Assembly: GCF_009914755.1 (NCBI RefSeq)
Contig: NC_060933.1
Length of the DNA stretch: 64,000 nucleotides
Source of the DNA: the human T2T-CHM13v2.0 reference genome, Homo sapiens
Reading direction: 5' to 3' (one strand)
Shown: positions 1-13,572 of the stretch, piece after piece
Numbering within the stretch: position 1 is the first letter of the stretch
Layout: every line of letters begins with the position of its first letter
Made by a program: the position numbers and the translations under genes
The notes under the pieces: model-generated
Databases searched by the model: none
Seen by the model: only the letters and a program-made list of their open reading frames with translations
Told to the model about the DNA's origin: nothing

Positions 1-253
1 ATCCTCTTGATAATGAGATTCTCACTTTCTATTTCTATACAAACAATTCTGGGATCATCTCTAAATGTACTTGTCTCTGAGAATGTTTTTGAAGACAAAA
101 AATATGAGACAAGTGTATGAGCAGAAAATAAAAAACAATGTAAACTTTAGTTGATTTATTAATTTCTATTTTTTTTACATGATTTGAGATGGCCAGGTCT
201 ACTTCTATATTACTAGACAAGTGTATTTCCTCTAGTACTTTTTTTTCTTTTTA

Positions 254-356
254 CATCAGAAGGATAATATGCCGATGTCATAAAATGTTTGAGGGAGATA
301 CATCTCACACACAAATGTGAAAACCTAATCATCACACTTATGAACTACAAAAGGAT
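254..356 (-). pseudogene. U13 (SNORD13) C/D-box snoRNA retrocopy
   Basis: Reverse complement reads ATCCTTTTGTAGTTCATAAGTGTGATGATTAGG...TTATCCTTCTGA, colinear with U13 (box C GTGATGA, box D CTGA). A-rich tail at 239-253 and degenerate TSD tcctctagtacttt (228-241) / tcctccagtccttt (359-372). Confidence 0.92.
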
Positions 357-1162
357 CCTCCTCCAGTCCTTTAGTCATGGTTATTTATACATCTTTTTCA
401 TTAATTTAGAAGTGACCATCACATTGTAAATTTAAATCTCAATGGAGTGAGGAAAGAAAGAACAGGTTAACTTTAAATAAGACAGAAAAGAAACACCAAG
501 AACCTAACCATGTCAGTCCTGGCTCCTGCCTGCTCACATCTGCATAGGCAACTATCACAGGTCCATTGTCTGAGCACATGCTAGCTTCACCCAACATGAA
601 GCAACCTAAACCCCAACTGCCCTAAGTAATTTTCTTGGAATTTCTCCATTTCCCTTGTGTTATGTTGATAACTTATGACCCTGCAGATTTTTTCTCACTC
701 TTCTTATGTAGACTAAGGGTCTGTGTTAGTCTGGGAGGGAAGGGAACTGTTAGGACAATGTTTTGAAGTGGCACAACTGTTTCAAATGCTTCTTTAACAA
801 TGTCCAGGAAAACTGATTATTTATGATATCTCTCTTTTTCTTTAGTCCTAGAATCTAGACAGAAATTTCTTGATAATAGAAAGAGTCCTCAATATTGTTT
901 TATATAAAAAGCACATATCCATGAAAATCAAATGTTACTAATTTCATACTAAAGATGAGAAACAAAAATATTCAAATTCCTATCGTATGCAATTACAGAT
1001 TCTTGGTAGAATACTCAGTGTGTCATGAATATTCTAGAAAATATAGAAAATATCTCATTTATTAATGAAAAGATGTAGAAAGCATTTTATTTTTTAGTTT
1101 ATTTACAATGCTATTCCCAGAAATAACAGTCAAATAACACTCACCAGATTTTTGTTAACCTC

Positions 1163-1529
1163 TGCGTTATCGATTGAACGTTTACTTCCCTGCAAAACTC
1201 ATATGTTGAAATTCTTACCCCAAGTTTCATGGTTTTGAGAGATAGACACTTACAGATGTAAATTTAGGTCATGAGGGTGGGGTCTTCATGAATGGGATTA
1301 ATGCTGGTATAAAAGAGACCCCAGAAAGCTTTCTTACTCTCTTTCCAGCCTGTGAGAATACAATGAAAGGACAGCAGGCTGTAAGCTGAAAGAGGGTTCT
1401 CAACAGAACCTGACTATGCTAGCACCGTGATCTTTGGCTTCTAGCTTCCAGAGCTATGAGAAATCAATTAATATTGTTAATAAGCTACTCACTCTATGGT
1501 AATTTGTTATAGCAGCCCAAACTAAGACA
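1163..1529 (+). mobile_element. MaLR solo LTR, MLT1A-like
   Basis: Diagnostic aaactcatatgttgaaattc...ggtcatgagggtgggg...atttgttatagcagcccaaactaagaca end. Confidence 0.85.
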
Positions 1530-3049
1530 CTTTGCAAGCAATTTTTGTACTTCCTATTTGCTTCCATTCCCTGTCTCTATTACACATGTGCATACATTTG
1601 CTCCCAATTTAATTTAATACATTATTTTGTAATTATTGTTGCAGTTCCTTCTCAATTAATAAAGTGCACTACACTCCATATTTTTAATGATATAAATAAA
1701 AAGCAGCATCTATATTCTAATAAATAATCATTTAAAATATTCAAAAGAATACCTATTTAAAATCAGATTCTTAATATTTGACACTAAAACATACAATCAT
1801 GTTAAACAAATATATTTTCAACAGAAAAAAGTTAACAAATAAATATAAAAACTATAATCTTTATATTTCTAAATCAGTAACAAAATTGGAAATAAGGCAC
1901 AATATAATATGCACCTGAATACATAAAGACATACTTGCAATGTAAGTAAGTTTTTGTATTTAATCCTGACTTTAAAACAAAGCACCAATAGATATAGATA
2001 TGTTTTCATTGCTATTCTTGATTTTGTGAACTTGTTTACTTTGCGGAGGATTCTTTCAGCAGTTAGTAATGTAGTCCTCTTGAGAAATGCTCTAGATAGG
2101 TTGCCTTAGGAAGTACTTAGTTTTATTGAATAATATGTCAGTGCCAGATATCTCTTATAAGAAACTTGATTTCTCTGGGAAATGTGTTCATTTGTGTGGC
2201 TTTTAGATAAATCAGTTTGGAAAATGGTCAGGAGGCATTTCAGCTCTTTTTCATTGCTTTTGTAAAAAGTAATATGGGCACTGTCACAATTTTACTGGGA
2301 ACTCTAGATGAATTAGAGTTGTGAAGGTTACTGAAAACAAACTCTAAATTCCTTATAAACTATAGGAAGAAACACTGAAAACCAATAAAATATTCAGCAA
2401 ATATAAAATAATAATTTCTAAAATAAACTAATACAACAGGAGAGTGACTAGAACTAAAATGCAGGTTTTGAGTACCAATAAAGTGTTTCAATAATCTAGA
2501 AAGATACTTATCTAACATCCATTCTCAGCTACATCCTCCCCAACAAAGTCAGAAACAAATACCCCAGCCCATCTCTCTGGGAGTTAAAATGAGAGGACAG
2601 GTGACTTTATAAACACTTAACACAACACTTGAAATCTACCTCAAATGAAACTATAGACAACATATACTCAACGAAATGGGATTAGTATCAGATTAAAAAT
2701 AATCATACAGTTAATAATAAAAATAACAATACATAATTACATATAGAATATTGAGAATATTAGTGATATATAAATTCCAGCTTTGCCAAAGTAAATTGTT
2801 AGAAGACAGAAAGGGGAAAATTGTAATAATATAAAAGAATCATCTAGAAAAATTTATCTATAGATAATAAGCATTCCTAAGTAGAGAACAGAAAGAAACC
2901 TCACAGTAGCTAAAAGCAGTAGTACAGACACTGGAAAAAAATATAGTAAAACAGGATCAAATTTCACTGAATGAAGTTTATAATTCAGATGTAAAATATC
3001 ATAATCTCTTTAATTCCAGGCTAGCAATGTTTCTGCCAATGCAACATTT

Positions 3050-4250
<1,201 letters not shown>

Positions 4251-5327
4251 TGTCAGTCAGGGTTTTCTAAGGAAACAGAATATATATAAATATGTATTAT
4301 TTATTTCAAAGAATTCACCTATATAATTTTGGGAGTCAGCAAGTCTCGAATCTGAAAGGCATGCTGGTAATTTGCAGGCAAAAGCTAATGTTGCAGTCTT
4401 TTTTCCTTAAACTTTTAGTTTCAGGGGTATATGTGCAGCTTTGTTATATAGGTAAATTGCATGTCACAGGGGTTTAGTGTACAGGTTATTTTGTCACCCA
4501 GGTAATAAGCATAGTATACAAAAGGTAGTTTTTCAATCCTCACCTTCCTCCCACCCTCCATCCTCTAGTAGGTCCCCTTGTCTATTATTCCCTTGTGTGT
4601 GTTCATGTATACTCAATATTTTAGCTCCCACTTACAAGTGAGAACATGCTATATTTGGTATTCTCTTCCTGAGATATTTTCCTTAGGATAATGATCTCCA
4701 GATAATGTTGCTGCAAAGGACATGATCTCATTCTTTTCACGGCTATGTAGTATTCCATGGTGTATATGTACACATTTTCTTTATCCAATCTACCATCGAT
4801 GGGTATCTAGGTTGATTCCATGTCTTCGCTTGTGAATAGTTCTGCAGTAAACATACATGTGCATATATCTTTATGGTAAAATGATTTATATTCCTTTCGG
4901 TATATATCCAATAATGGGATTGTTTGGTCGAATGGTAGTTCTGTTTATCACCACACTGCTTTCCACAACGGCTGAACTAATTTACATTCTCACCAGAAGT
5001 GTATAAGTGTTTCCTTTTCTTCACAAATTTGCCAGCATCTGTTTTTTTTTACTTTTTTATTAATAGCCATTCTTATTAATATGTTGCAGTCTTGAGGCAG
5101 TATTTCCTTTTCAAAACTCTGATAAACTTCAGTTTTGCTCTAAGGCCTTTCAAGTGATTAAAAAACATCCACCAACGTTATGAAGGTACTCTCCTTTACT
5201 TTTAAGGTCAACTGATTATAAATGTTTACCACATCTACAGAATACCTTCACAGCAACACCAAGATCCATGTTTGATCAAATTACTGGGTAATATATCCTG
5301 GCCAAGTTTATACATAAAACTGTCATA
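4251..5327 (-). mobile_element. MLT2 (ERVL) LTR split by an L1
   Basis: tgtcagtcagggttttct...gaaacagaa start and ccttcacagcaacacc...gccaagttatacataaaa end, typical of antisense MLT2. Confidence 0.85.
4401..5080 (-). mobile_element. L1 3' end (older L1PA, approximately L1PA13-16)
   Basis: Antisense L1 3'UTR with exact 13-bp TSD atgttgcagtctt at 4388-4400 and 5081-5093. Confidence 0.92.
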
Positions 5328-6295
5328 TTTGCCATATAGGCTTTCTTAAATTTACTTTATTGAAAGTTGTAATAAGGAATCTCAGATTAGGCTTTGAAAA
5401 GCCTCTTGAAGCTAGAAAGACAAGCCAAAAATTTACCAGAAGATAATGCATATAGTTGCTATAAATGTGGGAAAATTCCTTTCTTTCTGAAGTTCCCAAA
5501 ATATCACAAGGTTACTAGACCTTCCAGGAATTATTTTCGTAATGCATCCCTAAGACTTGATAGACTATAAGCCAGGTACCAGGGAAGTTATCCCAAGAGA
5601 GTTTTGTAAGCATTGCCTCCATAAAATTGGCCTTAGTTCCTTAGAAGTGTGTTGTAATATCAAAATAAATGAACATCATTCTCAAATATGATATTTCAGG
5701 CAAGGCCTTGGCTGTAAAACCAAAGTTATCAAGTATGTCTTTGTATTAAGGTGGATAGATTCGAATTAAAGCTACGCGAATAACTATATTGCCCTGACAA
5801 CAAGAATATTCAATAAGAACTTCTAAATTCTGGAGGGCTTAGTAGGAGAAAAGATTGTCATTATTAAATATTTTGTCTTCAGCTTACAAAAGCATACTCC
5901 ACTAAATTATTATAAGTTATATTTACTTATAAAAAAGATGAAATGTTTGATAACATACTCAGAAAATAGTATCTTAAAACAGCAGCAATATTCCAAACAA
6001 TACCCGTGATCATCTTTTATCAGTTAATTCTGTCCTATGTAATTAATTTTTGTTCCAACTGATATTGAGTTAACATTCTGATGAATCCATTTTTTTCTCT
6101 ACTAGAAATGTAAAAATCCTGATTTAGTTCACTGGTGTAGTCTCAAAATTGCTTAAATAATACCATCATAGGCCTGTACCCCCAAATACCTGATATAGTG
6201 CTTTTCTACATGTCTCTGAGATAGTCCTTGTCTGTTGCAGATAAAGCACTCTCAAATGTAACTGATGCAGAGCTTTTAGGGAAGCATCATAATGA

Positions 6296-6664
<369 letters not shown>

Positions 6665-7526
6665 TAGCAAAAGATGCAATGAGAGCTTATTATGAGAATA
6701 ACGTAACTGACAACAAAGTTTTAGATAAAAATCTATAAATAATAATGTATTCCATTTTCAAAGAAGAGTAGATATAAGTGGCTTATAAAATAAACATAAT
6801 TTACAGAAAAAACTGCATATAATAATCCTGATATAATATTTCATAAATACATTAGGCATATTTTTAGAATATACTAAGAAAGTATCAATGTTATATAGCA
6901 AAGAGATTCAGTAAGTCTGGAACAAGCCTAAACATCTTTATAATAACAAAACTCCATAGGTTAGGAGTGTGACTCCTACCTTGAAAATTACTGGCAAAGA
7001 AGATGCTAGATTCACATTAAAGAAGTAAAGTTGCAACCAAGTTAACATTTTAAATATAATTGCAATTATGACTGATATACTATCTGTGTTGTCTAAGCAG
7101 ATAGAATCATATCACAAACAACAAAGGCACTGATAAATTTTCAGGACTTTTCATGTGCCATAAAATTTTCTAAAATATTCATATAAATAAGTTTGTACCT
7201 ATACTAATATACCCATGGGAAGGCTGAGTATCTCTTTTTATTTGACCACCCTTGCTATGTAACTTATGAATAGTAACATATCAAGTAAGTTAGGTTATTT
7301 CTTGCACATTTCTTTTTAAAAGATGAAAAAAATAAATCCTTTGTGATTTTCCATGGGCCCTCTGGGAAACTTGAAAGACAATTATATGTGCAAAAGATAT
7401 CAGTTAACATTTGTTTTTGAGAAGGCAAAGTATCAAAAGTTTTGAGAATAGTTGAACATTCAGTTGAGGTATGATTATAGGTTACTGAGAAACAATGCAT
7501 GGCTGTCTAGTTAAACAATTGACAAT

Positions 7527-8907
7527 GTTGGTACCAAAACAGAGATATACATCAATGGAACAGGACAGAGCCCTCAGAACTAACACCACACATCTACAAC
7601 CATCTGATCTTTGACAAACCTGAGAAAAACAAGCTATGGGGAAAGGATTCCCTATTTAATAAATGGTGCTGGGAAAACTGGCTAGCCATATGTAGAAAGC
7701 TGAAACTGGATCCCTTCCTTACACCTTATACAAAAATTAATTCAAGATGGATTAAAGACTTAAATGTTAGACCTAAAACCATAAAATCCCTAGAAGAAAA
7801 CCTAGGCAATACCATTCAGGACACAGGCATGGGCAAGGACTTCATGACTAAAACACCAAAAGCAATGGTAACAAAAGTCAAAATTGACAAATGGGATCTA
7901 ATGAAACTAAAGAGCTTCTGCACAGCAAAAGAAACTACCATCAGTGTGAACAGGCAACCTACAGAATGGGAGAAAATTTTTGCAATCTACCCATCTGACA
8001 AAGGGCTAATATCCAGAATCTACAAAGAACTCAAACAAATTTACAAGAAAAAAAACAAACAACCCCATCAAAAAGTGGGCAAAGGATATGAACAGACACT
8101 TCTCAAAAGAAGACATTTATGCAACCAACATATACATGAAAAAATGCTCATCGTCACTGGCCATCAGAGAAATGCAAATCAAAACCACAATGAGATGCCA
8201 TCTCACACCAGTTAGAATGGTGATCATTAAAAAGTCAGGAAACAACAGGTACTGGAGAGGACATGGAGAAATAGGAACACTTTTATACTGTTGGTGGGAG
8301 TGTAAACTAGTTCAACCATTGTGGAAGACAGTGTGGCGATTCCTCAAGGATCTAGAGCTAGAAAACCATTTGACCCAGCAATCCCATTACTGGGTATCTA
8401 CCCAAAGGATTATAAATCACGCTACTATAAAGACACACACATACATATGTTTATTGTGGCACTATTCACAATAACAAAGACTTGGAACCAATGCAAATGT
8501 CCATCAATGATAGACTGGATTAAGAAAATGTGGCACATATATACCATGGAATACTATGCAGTCATAAAAAGGGATGAGTTCATGTCCTTTGTAGGGACAT
8601 GGATGAAGCTGGAAATCATCATTCTGAGCAAACTATCACAAGGACAGAAAACCAAAGACTGCATGTTCTCACTCATAGGTGGGAATTGAACAATGAGAAC
8701 ACTTGGACACAGGGTGGGGAACATCACACACCGGGGCCTGTTGTGGGGTAGGGGGCTGGGGGAGGGATAGCATTAGGAGATATACCTAATGTAAATGACG
8801 AGTTAATGGGTGCAGCAAACCAACATGGCACATCTATACATATGTAACAAACCTGCATGTTGTGCACATCTACCCTAGAACTTAAAAAGTATAATAAAAA
8901 AAATAAA
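7527..8907 (+). mobile_element. 5'-truncated L1PA (ORF2 C-terminus plus 3'UTR, frameshifted)
   Basis: ORFs 7829-8689 translate to L1 ORF2 C-terminal peptides ([21 protein letters not shown]...FSLIGGN). G-rich 3'UTR and A tail present. Confidence 0.97.
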
Positions 8908-9072
8908 GTAAATATGGAAGTTACCATGATTATGAAAAACCTTGACTCTTTTCTAAGTAAAAACACTGTAGTTTTCTTAAATAATCATGGACATAATAAA
9001 GCCAACATAAAACAAGGAAAATTATTTTGGTAAAACACAAACTGCTATCCAGGCAGACTGCACACAGTTTAA

Positions 9073-9642
<570 letters not shown>

Positions 9643-9886
9643 TAAAGTGGACAAAATTAACACATTTGTTAACAAATTCAAATGTATAAAGTTCCTAATT
9701 TGCATTAAAAAACAACAAAAAAGTACACCTTAAAATTATGCTTAGTAGTTAATATTTCAGCATTCTTTTACTTAGAAATAACACACGCTATCTATTTAAG
9801 ATCCATACATTAACTCAATATAGTAACAGTCCAAGATTTTAAAAACATAAAGGTCTTAGAATTTGCTAACATGCAAATCGTATTAT

Positions 9887-10335
9887 TGTTGAAGCAACCC
9901 AAGTGTTCATGGACAAATGAATGGATAAATAAAATGTAGTACATACATACAATGGAATGTTATTTAGCTTTTAAAAGGAAGAAAATTCTTACACTTGCTA
10001 TATAACATGAATGAAACGTGAGGACACTGTGTTAAGATACATAAGCCAGTCACAAAAGGACAAATACTGCATGATTACACTGATACGAGGACCTTAGAGT
10101 AGTCAAATTCATAGAGCTAAAAAGTAGAATGGTACTTAGAATAGGCTAGGAAGAAAAGTGAATAAAGAGTTACTATTTAAGGAAGTACAGTTTCAGTTTC
10201 TCAAGATGGAAAGAGCTCTTGAGATGAATGGTAGGGATAGTTGTATAACAATGTGAATGTATTTAATGCCACTGAACTGTAAAAATGATTAACATGCTAA
10301 ATTTTCAAATGTGTTTATTTTACCACTATTAAAAA
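9887..10335 (+). mobile_element. L1MB-type 3' end
   Basis: gaagcaacccaagtgttcatggacaaatgaatggataaa...ccactgaactgta, the L1MB 3'UTR pattern. Confidence 0.85.
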
Positions 10336-10431
10336 TGATTATAGCTATTATAAAAATATAAATATTATTTAAATAAAATATATTAAAATAATGATTCAAT
10401 TTGGTTAAACACAGATTTACACTTCTAATAT

Positions 10432-11072
10432 TGTAGTAGCCTTATCGTCTGAGGTCATACCTGGAGTTTTTTGTCTCACAACCAAGAAAATTAAGGCATG
10501 TGGACACAAAGAGTGAGGTTAGAACAAAAGTTTAATAAGCAAAAGAGGAAAGATCCTCACAGTGGAGAGGGGGCCTGAAAGATGGCTGCCAGCTATGAAG
10601 CTGAGTCTGAGGGTTTTTATGAACTGGAGGGAGATGAGTGTGCTGACTGGTCTGTAGGCCATCTTGGAGAAAGCACCACTTAGAAAGAGGTATGATAGTG
10701 CAAAGAACCAATTAGAGGCAGAGGTGAAGGCTTGGTCCGAGACCTTGGCATAAGACCAATCAGGGGCTGAAGTGATGATTTATCCTAAGTAAATGAAGAC
10801 TCAGCCTATGGCCAATCACAGAAAGGTAGGCGTATATAATGTAGGTGAAAAGTAAGAGACTAAGGCGTGACAAGGAGAGAGAAATATGACCAAAAAAGGA
10901 GTGGAATTTGTTCATCTGGGTTCACACAGTAGCTGTTTCCATTCAAGGACACAGAATATTTCTTATCTAGGGCCTGCAGTTTGATTTTCAGCTTGTTCTT
11001 TGTTTGAAGGAGTTTTACCAAGGACCCACCTTAACTGCCTGCCTGACCAGTTTCTTACCTTCTCTTCTCTCA
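10432..11072 (-). mobile_element. ERV1 solo LTR (MER83/MER84-like)
   Basis: TG...CA termini. Reverse complement begins TGAGAGAAGAGAAGGTAAGAAACTGGTCAGGCAGGCAGTTAAGGTGGGTCC. Flanks atat / atac. Confidence 0.75.
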
Positions 11073-11091
11073 ATACTCGAGTGCTCTGCTC

Positions 11092-11143
11092 TTGACTTAA
11101 AGGAAGAAACTGAGACATAAAATATAATTTTTAAAGAGTTTAC
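11092..11143 (+). repeat. Exact 52-bp direct copy of 32325-32376 (LTR terminus)
   Basis: ttgacttaaaggaagaaactgagacataaaatataatttttaaagagtttac occurs identically at both places, and the adjacent bases differ. Confidence 0.95.
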
Positions 11144-11879
11144 ATCTCCAGCAGGAGATGACCCCTTAACTTTGAGCTGTGGAGTCAACAAAATGCGTGA
11201 TTTCAGAAACTTAATTCCCTTTCCTAATGTGAACACAACCTGAGTTTTAAGAGTGTTTCTAGTTTCTGCTGTGAAATGAGATCAGTGTCTTCCTCCAACC
11301 TGGTTCCTCTTCAGCATTCATATTTGGTGGAGCATCAGTCCTTCTCCTGGAATGACTGGGAATGGGGGTTTAAGTTTTGCAATTGTAGCTCTATCACTTG
11401 CCAAACCAATGATCTTCAGCCTGATTTGCCCCCTTAGCATTCATCAAGGTTTACTGCTTCAAGTACTCATTTCTAGCTCATTTTCATGAAGCAAGGTTAA
11501 TTTCTCAAATGATCTTGTTCTTCCGAAGGCTTACTTTTTGTAGGCTGATACTTTTTTGAGGCTAGGCTACTGTGATTATCGCACAGCCCCCATAGAAAAC
11601 ACGCTCAAATGCTACTGAAAATATGTCTATGGAGGATAATAAACAAACAAAAGGATGATAAAATATGCCCATGAAAGATCTCTTGAGGGCTGGGGCAACG
11701 ACTATGCTAAGGGTTGGGGGTGGAGGAGAAAGATTTAAGAAACAGAGCCAAACTGGATAAAGGAAGTGTAATTCACTGCCAAGTCTGAGAAACCACACAA
11801 TGCTTGTCCCACAATATTCTAATATCCTTAGAATTCTATCACTCAATGAACCAGCAGTGACTGGGCTTGCTTACTTTTT

Positions 11880-12302
11880 TAAACAAATTATTTTATTTTA
11901 TTTTATTTTATTTAAGTTCTGGGATACTATGGGCAGGACATGCAGGTTTCTTACATTGGTAAACTTGTGCCATGGTGGTTTGCCACACCTATCAATCCAC
12001 CACCTAGGTACTAAGCCCAGCATGCATTAGGTATTTATCCTGATGCTCTCTCTCCCTGCCTCTGCACTCCCCAAGGGGTCCCAGTGTGTGTTGTTCTCCT
12101 CCCTGTGTCCATGTGTTCTCATTGTTTGGCTCCCACTTATAAGTGATAACATTGTTTTTCTGTTCTTATGTTAGCTTGCTGAGGATAATGGCTTCCAGCT
12201 TCATCTATGTCTCTGCAAATGACACGATCTTGTTCCTTTTCTCCATGGTATATATGTACCATATTTTCTTTATTCAGTCTATCATCGATGCGCATTTGGG
12301 TT
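11880..12302 (-). mobile_element. L1PA 3' end
   Basis: Antisense L1 3'UTR with 16-bp TSD ggcttgcttacttttt at 11864-11879 and 12303-12318. Confidence 0.93.
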
Positions 12303-12556
12303 GGCTTGCTTACTTTTTACAAGTGAGAGATTTCGTGGAGAATATTTTTCCCCTGGTTCAACTTTGTATATTGTGTAATGTGTACAACTAATCCCTTTGT
12401 TTTATCGTTTTTCACACAAGAACAATCATATTTATACTTGATGGAGGGGACTGCAGATCACTGGAAGCTTCTGGACCTTAACTTTGATGCAGTGCCTGTA
12501 CGGTGCTTTGGGTCATCTCTCTTAGGGCAAGTGATAGGATTTCACTTGTGGGAAGC

Positions 12557-12838
12557 AGAGTCACTTTATTCATTAGGTAAAGTAGTTATGAGGCCTAGGG
12601 CCCACAATACTTTTAGGGTCCCACACAAATGTTTTTATGTTAACATCCAAAGAGGAAATAGATTCTTAGGTCAAATTTTATTATATGTTATTAACATATT
12701 TACCTTCCTACCAATGCAGTTATAAAATATATTTTTTAACAGTTTGCATAAAGGAAGCATCCCCTGAAGGTAAAATTTTCTAAATGTTAATGAAAACTTA
12801 GTTTTTACAAAAGTAACAAACATTATAATATGGCCTTG
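12557..12838. mobile_element. hAT-type DNA transposon fossil (MER96-like)
   Basis: Core cctagggcccacaatacttttagggtcccac and degenerate TIRs cagagtcactttat / ataatatggccttg. Confidence 0.55.
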
Positions 12839-12884
12839 GTAGGAATAAGAGTGTAATGTACATTTGACAAAACAAAACAAAACA

Positions 12885-13307
12885 TAGTAGTAGAGACAAT
12901 GCTATATGTTCATTAAACCCTTACTTATTTTATGTTTTTCTTCAAGGACAAATAGCTAAACCATACTGGTCAGCTTTATTGCATCCAAGTGCTGCTATGT
13001 GATTACTGCTCCCAATGAAAAGTGGGAGAAAGTGGATTGTCATGTTCAGGTGAAGATAATGAAGAGAGTTAAAAGTACCTACGTCTTCTCCACTCTCTCT
13101 TTCCTTCCCCATTTACCACCTCAGTGATGCAGATGCCCCTGGAGCCTTCTGTGGAAGGAACCTGAGTCTTCAAATGAATGCAAACATCAAAGATCTCCGA
13201 GCCACACTGCACTTTGAGGTGAGCAAAAAACAATGTTTTATTGTGCTAATCCACAAGATCGTGGGCTATGTGTTACAGTAGCCAGGTTATGCACCTTCAA
13301 TAATATC
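12885..13307 (+). mobile_element. Old MaLR LTR (MLT1I/J-like)
   Basis: ggaaggaacctgagtcttcaaatgaa...gtgagcaaaaaacaatgttttattgtg...gttacagtagc pattern. Confidence 0.7.
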
Positions 13308-13525
13308 AGGGTAATTTGAATACATCTGAATACTCTTTCAGCTAATCTTCTCAAATAATAGAAACTATCTTTATTCATGATACATTTCATGATAAATATA
13401 CATTCATGTTCGAGTCCTAAGCCCACTACAAGAAAATATTTATATATTTACAAAGGTGGAAAAGCCATATTTTTTCTAACAAGCACATGAATTAACTTTT
13501 CAGTCCCACCCCTTAAATTATCTCA

Positions 13526-13526
<1 letters not shown>

Positions 13527-13570
<44 letters not shown>
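13527..13570. repeat. (AC)22 microsatellite
   Basis: Uninterrupted AC run. Confidence 0.97.

Positions 13571-13572
<2 letters not shown>

Noticed and set aside
7829-8689. Three overlapping ORFs of about 125 aa
   Set aside because: They are frameshifted pieces of L1 ORF2 in a truncated element.
8683-8900. Near-identical sequence shared with 37280-37575 and 40350-40732
   Set aside because: These are independent L1PA 3' ends, two of them with their own TSDs, not a segmental duplication.
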